Source: Octopus sinensis (taxonomy: Eukaryota). Taken from it: a stretch of DNA of 64,000 nucleotides. The stretch covers positions 30,442,001-30,506,000 of the forward strand of contig NC_042998.1 of the NCBI RefSeq assembly GCF_006345805.1. The letters are read 5' to 3'. Positions 22,973-36,205 of this stretch are shown here, in pieces (the first letter of the stretch is position 1; each line of letters starts with the position of its first letter). The notes under the pieces are model-generated. The model worked only from the letters and a program-made list of their open reading frames with translations. It was not told where the DNA came from and made no database searches. The translations under genes and the position numbers were made by a program.

Positions 22973-25900
22973 AGTGTTTTATTCTAAAACACAAAAAGCC
23001 GACTCAAATGAAAACACATCTTTTCGTCAGCTTTAAAGCAGAAATTTACTGCACGTCGTAAACTGCCAGTTTTAATTTGTTGCTCAGAGTATCGGTGAAC
23101 CTGAGGAGCTATAGACACATAATCGACTTTTGTGAAGAATTTAGACGTTTATAACTTTCGATTGGACAGATCCCTTCTTGGTCACGTATTTCCTTTGCCC
23201 GACAGTTCGCTTTACGTATTTAAGTCCCGTTTCATCTCCATCTTTGATGAATTATGATTCTTTGGTGGTCATATTTTGTTGACGGTTCTTGAGAAATCCC
23301 TCATCCGTCGCACAGAAATTCTAAAAATATAGAAATTCTCAAAAGCTGTGAAAGAGCATAGCGGCCTTAATCGAAACACACAATTAAACATACAACCACA
23401 ATAAATGAGTAGACCACATCAGTTAAATAATAATAAATATGAAAGCAGCACATATTGCAATAGCTCAAATAAATGCAGAATTCAGGGGGACGTAACTAAA
23501 CATAGTAACGAAAATAGAGGGGACATTGCACATCGTTGAATCAATTGACAAATATCAGGATAAGTAATGTTCTCAGCTACAAAACAGTAAACAAATAACA
23601 CTGCCAGATACATAGAGCAAAACAAAAATTCTTTGAATACTAATAGATTGGTATAACTCAAATAGCTGGTACTACTTATATTACCGAGGGAGACCGGGCT
23701 TAAACCTAATGAATCCATAATGTAATTTCCTAATAAAAATTATCAGAAAATGTAACATAAAGGTGAAAAACAAATCAATGGAAAACATCGACTGTTAGTG
23801 AATTAGACAATGCAGATCCGACGCAAAAAACTGAGACTGTGCGAATAACAAATGTAAGATCAGCAAATTAGAAGTCTTCCTGAAAGACCTAGAGTCAAAA
23901 GCATGCTGAATAATACGCCCTGAAAAATACAAGTACTACTTAGTGAATAATATATTTGAAACACCTACACGACTCTACTGAAGCATCAATAAAAACATAC
24001 CACCAGAAGACACTCCGACACCAACAGAATGTCAGCCATATTACGAAAGAATAATAATAATCAATACGTGGTTCAATACATTAAGCGTACAATGAATCAA
24101 AAAGGAAAACTAAATTCGAAAAAATAATAGCACAGCGAAATTTTTTATCATAAATAACAAGGAATTTACCTATACATTAAGGACTGCGAGCAACTAAAAA
24201 ACAATCTGAAATTGACCAGGTTCCAATATATCAACCAGAACTACCTGGCTACTACGTCTTGGTATATAACAACAGTTGTAAATAGACCAGGATTTACATC
24301 AGAGAAAAAGGAAAACCATAGTAAAACAACGGAAAAAAACACCAGGGCCTACAAAGTTGCGGGCCCGATACATGATTTCCAACGACATATAAAGCCTTTA
24401 TAACTGCACTATATAACACTCTGGTTACTCATCCGATATTATCAGAAGAATACAACGATGTCGCAAGAGAGTATAGCGCTGTAGAGAGCAGTTACGGGTG
24501 AACCAAATGTTCCTGAAAGGTTGACTATCGAAAGATATCGGATAGCAATCCTCAGTCATGAATATGAGAGCCATTCTGCTTAATAAATCAGCTCGAACAT
24601 GAATAAAGTACATCAGCAACGCCTTCGGAAGGTGGAAAACTACAAGATTATCATAAATGAAAGGGGAGATAATCGTAATCAACGCTATAACATTTAGAGT
24701 AGGAAACTTCGAAGGGAATCAAAAATTTCTGCTATAAGCCAATAGATGACACTGTCAATAAATCCGTTTGATGGAAGCATCATAGGTTTTTATTCATTCA
24801 AATACTCAAGGGTAAGCTAAATATATACTGTACAGTATACAGAACATTATAAAAAGAGAAATGGGAAAATGCGTAACCAAATGCTCAGTTTAGCATAAGA
24901 AATACGTTTATGATAGAAATATTATAGTAGTATATATATCTTGGTCATACTAGTTGTAAATTACAGCTTCAAATTAAACTAAAAAATAAGTTAAACCTGA
25001 AACGAGAAAAGTCCTGATATTGTTTCGAAGATACTGTGCTGAAACTGATGTAGGTAAATATTAAAAGATAAAAGATATTGAAATTTAATAACACTAGCGC
25101 GAGAAATAAATTTACCTAATTTGATAACGATAATAAAATCCAAAAGTCAAAACGGAAGGCAAGTATACCGAAATACCTAGTGTAGATAGATTCAAAACAA
25201 CTCGAATACTAATGAGGGATAGAAACCGCTATTTCGTAGTATATTTCTTATTTGTTGGCGAAACGAATATGATACAATACAGAAAATTTTAAATGTACAG
25301 TACAGAAAAATCAAATCAACAATTAAGATTACATTAAATGTCAGAAACAGGAAATAAATACACCATTAATCTTAATTAAAAACACAGCTTCACGTGAACA
25401 CAGAATACAGACAGAAGAACCACCAGACTACTAACAAGGTCCCTAATCGACCACCCAAAACGGATACATGTAGAGTATATCTAACCCACTCGCCATTTTG
25501 AAAAATCGACTACAAAATAGCAAAAATCTAACTGAAAAATACATAGAATAAAGAAAAACGAAACTGGTTTATATAAGGTTTATGCAAGTTGTTGCGAATA
25601 AAAAACACCAAATTGCTGCCAATCACAGGCGCCCAAAGCTTCCAAATAGGGTAACTAATAATTTATTCTAAACTGTTATCAGTGTTATTGATGAATATAG
25701 TTGACTAGAAAAATCAATTGCAAGGTTCCATCTTTGCTTATTAACGTTGCAGTTTAGCTAGGGGCCATCGTGTATAAATATATTTTACAGGACCATTGCA
25801 GCGTTTATTGCCTACAGAGATAGATGGTGTTTCATATAGATTGCAGGTCACAGAAAGTAGGTATCTTGGAGTTTAATTCTAGTGTTATCTCTGGAACTTT

Positions 25901-26054
25901 TACCGCAACTAGAACTGAATATCACGTTAAATTTTGATGCATTGCTACCGAAATTACGCCACCGAGGTGGTACGTAACATTTCCGTTAAAGAGTATATAT
26001 ATATTCTTTTCACTGCACCAAATGTATGACAATATATATTTTGTTCCTGTATTG

Positions 26055-26142
26055 TTATCGATTTTGTTCAAGTGCAGGTTGTTCATCTATAGTTACTTCG
26101 TCAGCATTTATAAAAATAAACTCCTTTCTTTTAACAATATAT
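26055..26142 (-). CDS. Candidate terminal coding exon of an unknown gene
   Basis: Weak acceptor ttttgtgagacag; phase 2 compatible with the previous exon; YIVKRKEFIFINADEVTIDEQPALEQNR*. Confidence 0.25.
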
Positions 26143-26309
26143 CTGTCTCACAAAATCTCGATGTGGAATCTACATTCATTGAATGCTACTGTTTATTAAA
26201 ATATGTGAATGCTTCCACGTCATATGTTATTGTTAGTACATCATATTTATCAATTGCATTTGTGATATTTCTGTTATACATATGTCTTTGAATTTATTTC
26301 AATACTTAC

Positions 26310-26388
26310 ACCCCGTTCCACGTATAACGTTTGCCTCCTCTATGACTATATTCTTCCCCTCTACATAGGACTGTTACATTTCTCTTTC
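26310..26388 (-). CDS. Candidate coding exon, 79 nt
   Basis: Acceptor tacttacag, donor GTAAGT; (G)KRNVTVLCRGEEYSHRGGKRYTWNG, in frame with the upstream candidate across a 132-nt intron. Confidence 0.4.
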
Positions 26389-26520
26389 CTGTAAGTACGT
26401 ATCATTAACAAATGCTCTAACTTCTCGCTAGATTCATGAATGTGAAGATCACAAGGTACGATCCTTACTTACATAATAACACCTGCCGTTTACATTTAAA
26501 TTTCTATTTCTATAATTTAC

Positions 26521-26607
26521 CTATTTCGCATGGTAATTGCGTAACTTCAGATTTCAAAAAGCTTTCATCTAGATCACTTAAAGAGAACCTAATAATGTTT
26601 CCCTCTG
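26521..26607 (-). CDS. Candidate coding exon, 87 nt, phase 1-1
   Basis: Acceptor ttctttcttgcttgttttaactcctgtcag, donor AG/GTAAAT; EGNIIRFSLSDLDESFLKSEVTQLPCEI. Confidence 0.42.
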
Positions 26608-27555
26608 CTGACAGGAGTTAAAACAAGCAAGAAAGAACGGTTTTGCATAAATGCACCATCGCAGATGAACCATAAACTTTGCTATTAATTTTCTTTGCTG
26701 TACATACACTCAACACATGAGATTGCTTCAATATTTTAGTAGTAGTCCATCAAAATCCAAGCATCTACAAAAATCGTTATTTCTGTATGCCTAAAAGCAT
26801 TTCACATCTCAAGCATTCAATCTGGATATTTGATTATAAAAATTATTATATACTACTTGGTTAAAGTTTAAGTATTTCATGAAGTCCGTACGTTGATGAA
26901 AGAAATAAGTTTCTAGAATTTACTTTTTACCTTTTTATAATTACGTTCCAGACTATTGAATTAATGATATTTTCTTTTTATCGCGTACAAATATAAGAGC
27001 AGCTAATAATATTTATTTCGCATATTTGTAGCACATGTCGATTAATTGTTTCAAACGTATGTTTATTTATGTCAAATTATAGCTAATGTTTCTTGGTAAT
27101 TCGGAAACGAGGAAAGTAAAATTACATTATATTTTTGCAACATAATCGAATAAAATGCTACAATTACAATTTTTGTTAGCTACTTCATTTTTTTAAACTT
27201 TGTTAAATGTTTAATTAAAACAATATTTTTCCAACAATTGTTCAGGTGAACTTTCGAATAACAATCAAATCAGTAATTACCGTGTTAAATAAAATAAGAA
27301 ATACCGTTTTATTGTTGTTCCGAAATATTTTTCCCATCTCAGTAATTAATTTTTAACTCAACTTCGAAATCTTAACCTTTTAATCTATTAAATGGTAAAG
27401 ACAAAATCTATTTAATGAGACACAAACAGAAATTAGACTGAATGTGAATTTGAACGTCGTATGACTCATGTGTCTTTTATTTTATAGTTGGTACCATCGC
27501 TGATGCCAGTTCTTTATGTTTATAATAACCTCGAGGAATATCTTATGTATGAATA

Positions 27556-28804
27556 TTAGGTTGTTTCACATGAAATGTCGCATTTTTAATTACTTGTTAT
27601 TTCAGTCATTTAAAAACTCAATTATGTATACTTTGAATTTAATATTGACTCTTTTTTTCTTTCCAAACAATATTGGTATACAAAATTCGTACCGACAGAC
27701 CTTATGAAAATGATAACAACCAAACTATGTGGAGTGCTTTTCTCGCATGAGTACAAACTGGGTCACTCTACCACAGAAGCTCTACTGAATATCAAGCAGG
27801 CCTTTGGTAATGGTTTTGTTGACATCAGAACTGTTCAGAGATATTTTCAAAGCTCTCGTCCAGGAGATGATAGCCTTGAAACTAAGGGGTAAACCAAAAT
27901 TAGTTATTTAATATGGATTAAAAGCTTTTGTTGAACAAACTCCGAGAACAAAGGTTCAAAAACTTTCATCAGAACTCTAGACATCTCGTACAGTTGTGTT
28001 TGGACACCTGTTAAAAATTGAAGAAGTCAAGGAAACGGATAGGTTTGTTCCACATCCGCTGAACGAGATGTAAACAAAAAAAAAACATCTAGAAGTGTGC
28101 TCCTTATTTCTTTCTCGACTGAAAAATGAATATTTTTGCATCAAAACATTACTTGTGATGAGAAATGGATGTTATTAGACAACAGCAGTAGAACAGGACA
28201 GGGATTAGATGCAGGAACGTCACCTAAACACTGCCTAAACTCACCATTGCACCCTAAAAAGTTAATGGTCATTGTATGATGGTCTGTTAAGGGAGTTATT
28301 CATTATTCATTTTTACAAGGAAAAACGGCAACAGCAACATCGTATTGCCAGGAAATCGATTGTATGCATGAGAATTTGAAAAAGAAGCAACCCTGATAAC
28401 TGAATACAGATAGCCCAATTTTGCTCTACGAGAATGCTCGTCCTCAAGGTATGGTCCATACTCCTCAAGGTATGGTCCAGAAGTTGCAAAGCCTGAATTA
28501 TGAGATTTTGCAACGTCCTCCCTATTCCTCTGATATCTCGCATACTGATCATCACTTATTTAAGCATTTTGAGCTTTTCATAAGCAATGAAACATTCTTC
28601 AGTAGAGAAGAGGTAATTGAAGCATTCGGACAGCTTATCACGGCAAAAGATTATTTTTTTGTTGTTGTTAAGATGGAAACGTTGGGTAAATGTCATAAAT
28701 GAATGAACATGGATCATACTTCAATTAAATAAATCCCTTCTCTAACATTTCTAAAACATCTTATCGTTAAATTCAAATACGACCTTTCATATGAAACAAC
28801 TTAA
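27556..28804 (+). mobile_element. Full-length (1249 bp) decayed mariner transposon
   Basis: ~27-bp TIRs ttaggttgtttcacatgaaatgtcgca / tacgacctttcatatgaaacaacttaa with TA TSDs; transposase remnants EYKLGHSTTEA, FVPHPLNE, ITCDEKW, LLYENARP, PPYSSDISHTDHHLF with stops and frameshifts. Confidence 0.95.
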
Positions 28805-28984
28805 TAATACTTTCTTGCTTTCAACATTTTATAACCTCAAATCAGTTCTTTGTTTTCAATTATTCTTCACTGTTGCTCGTTTATCTACTTTTCACGTAAC
28901 TCTAGTTATCTTTCAATCAGTGTTATTGCTGATTTAATGAAACGTTTTTAATAAAACAGTCGATATAAAAACCATCAGTCTAAT

Positions 28985-30560
28985 CCACAAGGAACTAACA
29001 CCAGATCAAATCAACATAATCTCCAAAGGGTCCAAATTTACACCCACCCCCAACCTTCCAACTACAACTAAACGAAAGAAAACGTTGCGGAATTCTGTAG
29101 AAAATTACGACTCGCCGAGGGACTATACAACAAATACAACGAGAACGAATCGTTAGTCCGAAATAAAAGAAACTACACCCCATGAAAATATAAGAAAAAA
29201 ATTCTTGACCATTTCTGTCAACACATCACGAAATACACATATCAGCATATACACAAACAAAAATACAAGCCGAACGCCAGCAAGAAAAGAATGGGCTGAG
29301 CTGAACAGATTAAAGGATGATAAAACAATCGCAATCAAAGAGGCTGACAAAGGATTTCAGTAGTCTTAAGGGACACGGTATATTATATAACCCTAGTACT
29401 ATCCATATTAGAAGACACAATATATTATGAAATGGTACAACACTACAATCAGCAGGAAATAATGAAAAGCCTAAAAACAATGTTAAACCTATACAGAGTA
29501 GGCTCACCGACAGGGAATACGACTACATGACTAACTTCAATAGTAAATCCAGTCAATTCTACGGTGTTCCTAAGATACACAAAGGTGCAAAAAATAAGTA
29601 ACGCATGCAGGGGAGCCACAGACATAATAATCAAGGTCCCTGCTCCTAATGACCTCAAATTAAGACCTATAATAGCAGGCCCCGCATGCGAAACTCAGCG
29701 CCTCAGTAACTTTTCGATACCATCTTAAAACCATTCCACAAGCATATGAACAGTTACAGGAGGGACGACCTAGATATGCTCAATCACCTTCCTGAAGCAA
29801 TAAATAAAAACACCCTACTAGTATCCTTTTATGTAGTCAACCTCTATCCCAATATCCCTCACAGCCTAGGAATAGATGCAATACAATTCTGGCTAGAGAA
29901 TTACTCCAGTGAACTCCCACACTGAATCAAAAAAGAATTCGTAATAGAAGGTCTAAAATTCGTCTTGGAGAATAACTTCTTCGTATTTAATTACAACTTC
30001 TATCGACAGGAATCGGGGTCGGTGATGGGCATGTGAATACCCCTCCTCCTTTGCTAACATAGTCATGGGGTACCTAGGAATCAATTTTTATTGTAACATA
30101 CTAGAAAAATACGGAAACCCATTCTCCCTGTACATAGAAAATAAGTGGAAAAGATATCTAGATGTCTTTCATTCTTTGGCACGAAAGTATAGAGAGACTT
30201 AAAGAATTTCAAGCACTTCTCAATGGACTTGACATAAACATTCAATTTACGATGGAATACGACCATCAACAACTTCCATACCTGGACATCTTCATTAAGA
30301 AATCTAACAACAAAATAGGACTCCGAACACTATCTGCCGTTCACCTCATGCCACTCCGAACACACTAGAATGAATAATGGTAAAAGGATTTGTTTTATAG
30401 TATCTGATACAAGCACCAGGGACACACGACTACGTAAGCTAAAGGATACACTCATCAGCAGGAAGTACACACCATCACTAATTGATATAGGCTTACAACG
30501 TGCTCTATAACTCAACATCCACGAACTCAGACATCCCGAACTAAAGAAATTATCGCAGCA
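28985..30560 (+). mobile_element. Penelope-like element reverse transcriptase pseudogene
   Basis: ISKGSKFTPTP, FCRKLRL, IAIKEADKG, FYGVPKIHK, LRPIIAGPACETQRLS, VNLYPNIPH, WKRYLD, NIQFTME..LPYLD in broken frames. Confidence 0.92.
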
Positions 30561-31134
30561 CATAATGTTAAAGTGATATCAAAATTTCAAAATAGCGATT
30601 ATAATCAGAATAGAGTAGTATATATTAAGCATAATAACGTTAAATGGAATTTAAAAAAAAACTCAAATAGGAGTGCTAGGTATTTAAATGTTATGGAAAG
30701 GGAAGCAACCCAATTTAATATAGCTAATAACCTCGAAACGAATAAAAGTTCAGCTAGAATTAGAACAAAGATAATGTTATCTTAAGGAAAGGAGTAGATA
30801 GTAATAAAGAACTTGGTGGCAATAAATTTAAATCTACAATGAATAATCAAATTTTAAACTAAATCTCAGAGGAATATAAAAGATTATCTTTCCAATTGTT
30901 CTAAACGGGAATCTTGTTATGTAGAAAATAAATGTATGGTTACAAATGTAATATACAGATGTAAATTTACATCTGAAAGTAAAGAATTCTTTTACATCGG
31001 GGGGCGGGACATCATTACTTTTCAAAAGGAGACTGGCAAAGCATTTGAGTTCATTTAAAGACAAAACTAAAAGGTTCCAAATGTGTCTTAAGAAATTAAT
31101 CTGGTCTTTTAAGGACAGTAACAAATACTATACT

Positions 31135-31518
31135 CTTTTTACTCTTTTACTCTTTTACTTGTTTCAGTCATTAACGGCGGTCATGCTGGAGCACCGCTTT
31201 TAGCCGAGCAAAGCGACCACAGGACTTATTCTTTGTAAACCTAGTACTTATTTTATCGGTCTCGTTTGCTGAACCGCTAAGTTACTAGGACATTGGGAGT
31301 GGGGGACAAACACAAACACATAAACGTATACATACGCATATATATATATACATATATACGACGGGCTTCTTTCAGTTTCCGTCTACCAAATCCACTCACA
31401 AGGCTTTGGTCGGTCCGAGGCTATGGTAGAAGACACTAGCCCAAGGTTCCACGCAGTGGGACTGAACCTGGAACCATGTGGTTGGTACGCAAGCTACTTA
31501 CCACACAGCCACTCCTAC
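31135..31518 (-). mobile_element. SINE family A, full length
   Basis: Family A reverse complement. Confidence 0.92.
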
Positions 31519-31649
31519 TATTAGATGTGAATTAATTTCTACTGCGAAATTATACAAACCTGGAACCAATAGACGTGAGCTATGTTTAGAAGACTTTTGC
31601 CGGATTTTAACATCCAAGAGTAATGTAATAAATTGTAAGCAAGAACAGT

Positions 31650-31968
31650 GAGGGCGCGTGGCTTAGTGGTTAGGGCATTCGGCTCATGATCGTAAGGTTG
31701 TGAGTTCGATTCCCGGCGACGCGTTGTGTCCTTGAGCAAGACACTTTATTTCACGTTGCTCCAGTCCACTCAGCTGGCAAAAATGAGTTGTACTTGTATT
31801 TCAAAGGATCAGCCTTGTCACTCTCTGTGTCACGCTGATTATCCCCGAGAACTACGTTAAGGGTACACGTGTCTGTGGAATGCTCAGCCATTTGCACGTT
31901 AATTTCACGAGCAATCTGTTCCGTTGATCGTATCAGCTGGGACCCTCGTCGTCGTAACCGGCGGAGTC
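31650..31968 (+). mobile_element. SINE head D + tail X, 12-bp TSD taagcaagaaca
   Basis: tRNA-like head gtggcttagtggttagg..gagttcgattccc; TSD at 31636-31647 and 31975-31986. Confidence 0.9.
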
Positions 31969-32047
31969 TTTTTTTAAGCAAGAACAAGCATCGGGATGCT
32001 TGCAAATGAGGAAATTCACACTTGCCAAGTGTAAATGACAAATTTAT

Positions 32048-32300
32048 GGAGTCACGTGGCTTAGTTGTTAGGGTGTCAGCATCATGGTCGTAAGATTATG
32101 GTTTCGATTCCTGAACCGGGCGACGCGTTGTGTTCTTGAGCAAAACACTTCATTTCACGTTGCTCCAGTCCACTCAGCTGACAAAAATGAGTAACGCTGC
32201 GATGGACTGGTGTCCCGTCAGCTGGGGAACACATACGCCATTGAAACGGGGAAAGCGGGCCCATGAGCCTGGCTAGGGTTTAAAAGGGCGCATTTATTAT
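32048..32300 (+). mobile_element. SINE head D + tail Y
   Basis: Same head as 31650, then gcgatggactggtgtcccgtc..atacgccattgaaacggggaaagcgggcccatgagcc. Confidence 0.85.
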
Positions 32301-32550
32301 TATTAAATTAATAATTATCATTTAAACATGCAAAAATAGCTACTTCGAAAATCCCCCTATGCGATGAACGCAGTAATTGTATTACTAAGTAATGTTCGTA
32401 GCTCCCTCAGCATAGATGTTCCTTTTTAACGGACTTTACCGCGATTATTTAATCCGAAGAGGATATCACTTCTAGTTGGTTAACGATGCATACCTGCATC
32501 CGATATATTGCAAGCAGGGAGCGAACACCAACCACCTTCTAGCAGCGGGA

Positions 32551-32600
32551 CCTCCATACCAGGCTGGTTTCGAACTATTTTTGCTTCTCTTCAGTATCGG
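32551..32600 (-). ncRNA. Hammerhead-like fold, weak stem I
   Basis: CUGAAGA-GAAGC-aaaaaua-GUUC-GAAAC-CAGCCUG-GUA; stem III ACCAG/CUGGU; stem I has two mismatches. Confidence 0.45.
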
Positions 32601-32936
32601 ACACTTCGTCTGGTAGAGATAGCAGTAGCTCGTTATGGAATAAAAATTATTATCCCTTAAAAACTTGAAATGGTAATTATTCGCATCTCACTTAACGTAC
32701 AGGCCTACATTATACAACGCAGAGTAGATAAAAGAATATCTTTAAACGGCCAAATCGAACTATATCAAGTAAAGACCCCCAAGAAAGAGCACCCGTTTTT
32801 TTAGTAGGGGTGCAATTGAAACGGTTACCACTAGGTGCAATTGAAACGTGTTGGTCTATGTAAGCCCGTATATAAATTAAAGAATTAAAGGTAATGCGAG
32901 GCAACTTCAAAGCAATCCTTATTATTAATTTTGTTT

Positions 32937-33368
<432 letters not shown>

Positions 33369-34920
33369 GAATATGTATGTATGTATGTGTATGTATGTAT
33401 GTATGCATGTATGTATATGTATATGTATATGTGTGTGTTTGTGTGTGTAATGTAACATTTGCTAATGATAAAATTTAAATGCTACAATTTAAATATGCCC
33501 TGCCTTCATATTGTCTGAAAATGAATTTTGGAAAATAATTATTGCAATGGACTCTACTTAGTGTCATGAAAATATGTTTGATAATTATAATTAGTAATTT
33601 GAAAAAACGAATACGTAAGCAGTGCAAAATAGGCACGATTCGTAGTTAGCCATTTTATACACCTGTGACGTGCAAGCGACAAACTAACCCAAAGTGAAAA
33701 GAATGGCACTTCAAAATAATTACATACGTGTAGTTTTTCTGAACAACTTTCTTCGTTCGTAAATGAGGAAAATTGTTAACGAGAAAGAATAAGAAGTGGT
33801 TTCTAGAAGGTTTCGCCGTAGACAGGTGATAAGTTTGGATGACGCGTATATTCCACATAATATATATCCTGCTAAGTTTCAGTTATTGTCAAGAATTATT
33901 TACCGAAAACAACTTGCCAGAAAACGAGTGATATAAATAGGCACAATACTATTAGTAAACAAGTAATGAGAATACCAAGAGCTCTTAACAGAAATATACG
34001 CTAAAAATTGCCGGTTTTGTGATGTTTCCAATTAAGAAAAACACACACGAATTCCTTTGGTTGCCATAGAAATCAGTGGGGTGTATGACAATGGGTGAGT
34101 TTTCGCATTTTTAACGGAAAACAGTAATCAATCATAATATGATATTATATAGCATAGTATACATATTTCATATAATGTAAATTCACGGAATAAATTATAT
34201 ATTTTCCCACTTAGAAACAGTGCCATTCATATCTTTTATATCCTTGTATTGAATATATAATATAAAGAAGCAGTGGGGAACGAAAGTATTTACGCGACGC
34301 ATTACTATTACTATGATACGAGACTCAGCGCTCACTATCACGGCTTACAGTGGACTGCTTACCAACGTGAACTGCCTTTCACTCACAGATTTTCTGTTTT
34401 ATAACAAGAGTCAGTCCACTTGTTGATACTTGGAGGTGGTCAGAACCCTTCCATAACATCTCTCCTTTATAGAATTAATCTCACCTATTTTCTCCCTTTT
34501 TGAGAATTGAACTCCACTCCGAGTTTTAATATCGCTTACCCTAAGGTTTCAATTCCAGTGTTTCCGTTTCCTGATCATAGAACGCGTACTTTCAAATTGT
34601 TTGGATGATGGTATCTCAAACATGTCGAACAATACCTCCATGGGGATTTCATTTCTCGTGACTGTTTTTCCCGTGAATCCTCTCTTAAGCTGGTCGGTAC
34701 GTCGAAACTAGTCTTTGGATGCCATACCAGCAAGGGGAAGCTGCTGACCTCCCCTGTTCGAAGGTTATAATGGACACAGGTTTGTGCGTGACATAGCTAG
34801 CTAGAGGCGATGGCCTCTTGGAGTTAATCAACGGCGGCATTCGTCCTATTTATCTGGACTGCCATGTTAGCTTGGCGATAACTATTAATATGTATATGTA
34901 TATATATATATATATATATA

Positions 34921-35084
34921 CTTTATTTAAAAGCAGCAGAAATTCAACAAAACTTCTTACTCGGAGTTTCACGTTCCCGTTCGTCGGACAGTTTTGTTAA
35001 AATTTTAACAAAACTGTCCGACGAACGGGAACGTGAAACTCCGAGTAACAGGTTTTGTTGAATTTCTGCTGCTTTTAAATAAAG
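34921..35084. mobile_element. Near-perfect ~160-bp palindrome made of two hammerhead-bearing pLTR-like arms
   Basis: ctttatttaaaagcagcagaaattcaacaaaac...gttttgttgaatttctgctgcttttaaataaag. Confidence 0.88.
35010..35056 (+). ncRNA. Type I hammerhead variant with CCGACGA core
   Basis: AAAACUGU-CCGACGA-ACG-ggaa-CGU-GAAACUC-c-GAGUA/ACAGGUUUU; mirror copy at ~34950-34995 on minus. Confidence 0.65.
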
Positions 35085-35909
35085 CATATTACTCTACCCC
35101 TGGTATTTGAGTACTCTTTTTTCCACCTTGTTTCACATTTATATGTTTACTCCGGTATATACATATATATATATACATTTAGAAATGATACTGAATGAAG
35201 GCTGTATATAATACATACACTTACCTACTTCAAAATCATAATCTAATATTTGTACGTTACAAAAGCAAACACACATACTACTCATAGAATTTCGAGGACG
35301 TGATATCAATACTTATCAGTATCATCTAAAATAAATTTCTGGGCATGTTTTCCAGTGCTATATTTCTGAAGATCAGAACAAATTAGCACTAAGTTTACGT
35401 ATTACCTTAGTTGGTAATTTACACATGATTCGATTTTTCCATTCAATTATTCAACGTTATTGTGACCCCTGCCAGCACGACACAAATTAGCGATGTTAAT
35501 TCCTAATAATAACTTCAATTGCATTGAAAGTTATAAACGTCACAAAATCCGATTACCTCTAACTAGCAAATGTAGAACGTTGTTACTTACCAAGTAGGCG
35601 CGTGACAAAATGTTATAAGTATGTTATTGCGTACTTAATTGGAGGTACGCATTAATGAGTAACTGGGTTATTAAGTTAAAATGAGCCTCTCTTCAAATAC
35701 AATATGTATTTGATTACCATAATTTAATTTCAAGGAAATACTCCCTGCCGACCAATGCCACAGCTAAATGATTGTTATAGTCAAGCAGTTGTTTACTGTA
35801 TATGCATCACCGATGAGGTGGAATAAATACGAAACTTGTTGCAATAAATACTCACGATTAATTTCACACACCATTTTTCCATATATCATTTTTATTCATC
35901 AGGATTTGG

Positions 35910-36205
35910 TGGAAGGACATGGCCTAGTGGTTAGAGCAGCGGTCTCGCGGTCAAGAGGTCGCGGGTTCGAATCTCAGACCGGGCGATGTGTGTGTTTTTA
36001 TGAGCGCAACACCTATGCTCCACGCGGCTCCGGCAGAAGGTAATGGCGAACTTCTGCCGACTCTTTCGCCACAACTTTCTCTCACTCTTTCCTCTTGCAG
36101 CTCACCTGCGACAGACTGGCGACCCGTCCAGGTGAGGAACCTATACGCCAAGGAAGACAGGAAACCGATCCTATGAGCCAGACATGGCTCGAGAAGGAAA
36201 AAGAA
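35910..36205 (+). mobile_element. SINE head C + tail Y
   Basis: tggcctagtggttagagc..gggttcgaatctc head; gcgacagactggcgacccgtccagg tail. Confidence 0.9.

Noticed and set aside
23560-25600. A-rich stretch with faint L1/Tx1 ORF2-like words (KTPGP at ~24338)
   Set aside because: No continuous RT or endonuclease motifs could be recovered by eye; needs a tBLASTn or HMM search.
26022-26291. Plus-strand ORF ending in a GPI-signal-like hydrophobic tail, and a possible plus exon at 25791-25860
   Set aside because: T-rich DNA yields hydrophobic peptides by chance, and it conflicts with the better-phased minus-strand exon chain. Kept only as an alternative to test with stranded RNA-seq.
31650-31725. 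tRNA-like sequences at SINE 5' ends (also 35910, 40465, 56732, 62724)
   Set aside because: They have A/B boxes but no complete cloverleaf and continue into SINE bodies with TSDs, so they are not tRNA genes.
34540-34730. Minus-strand GTAAGC donor with a ~50-codon upstream open frame
   Set aside because: All three frames hit a stop within ~40 nt before the donor.
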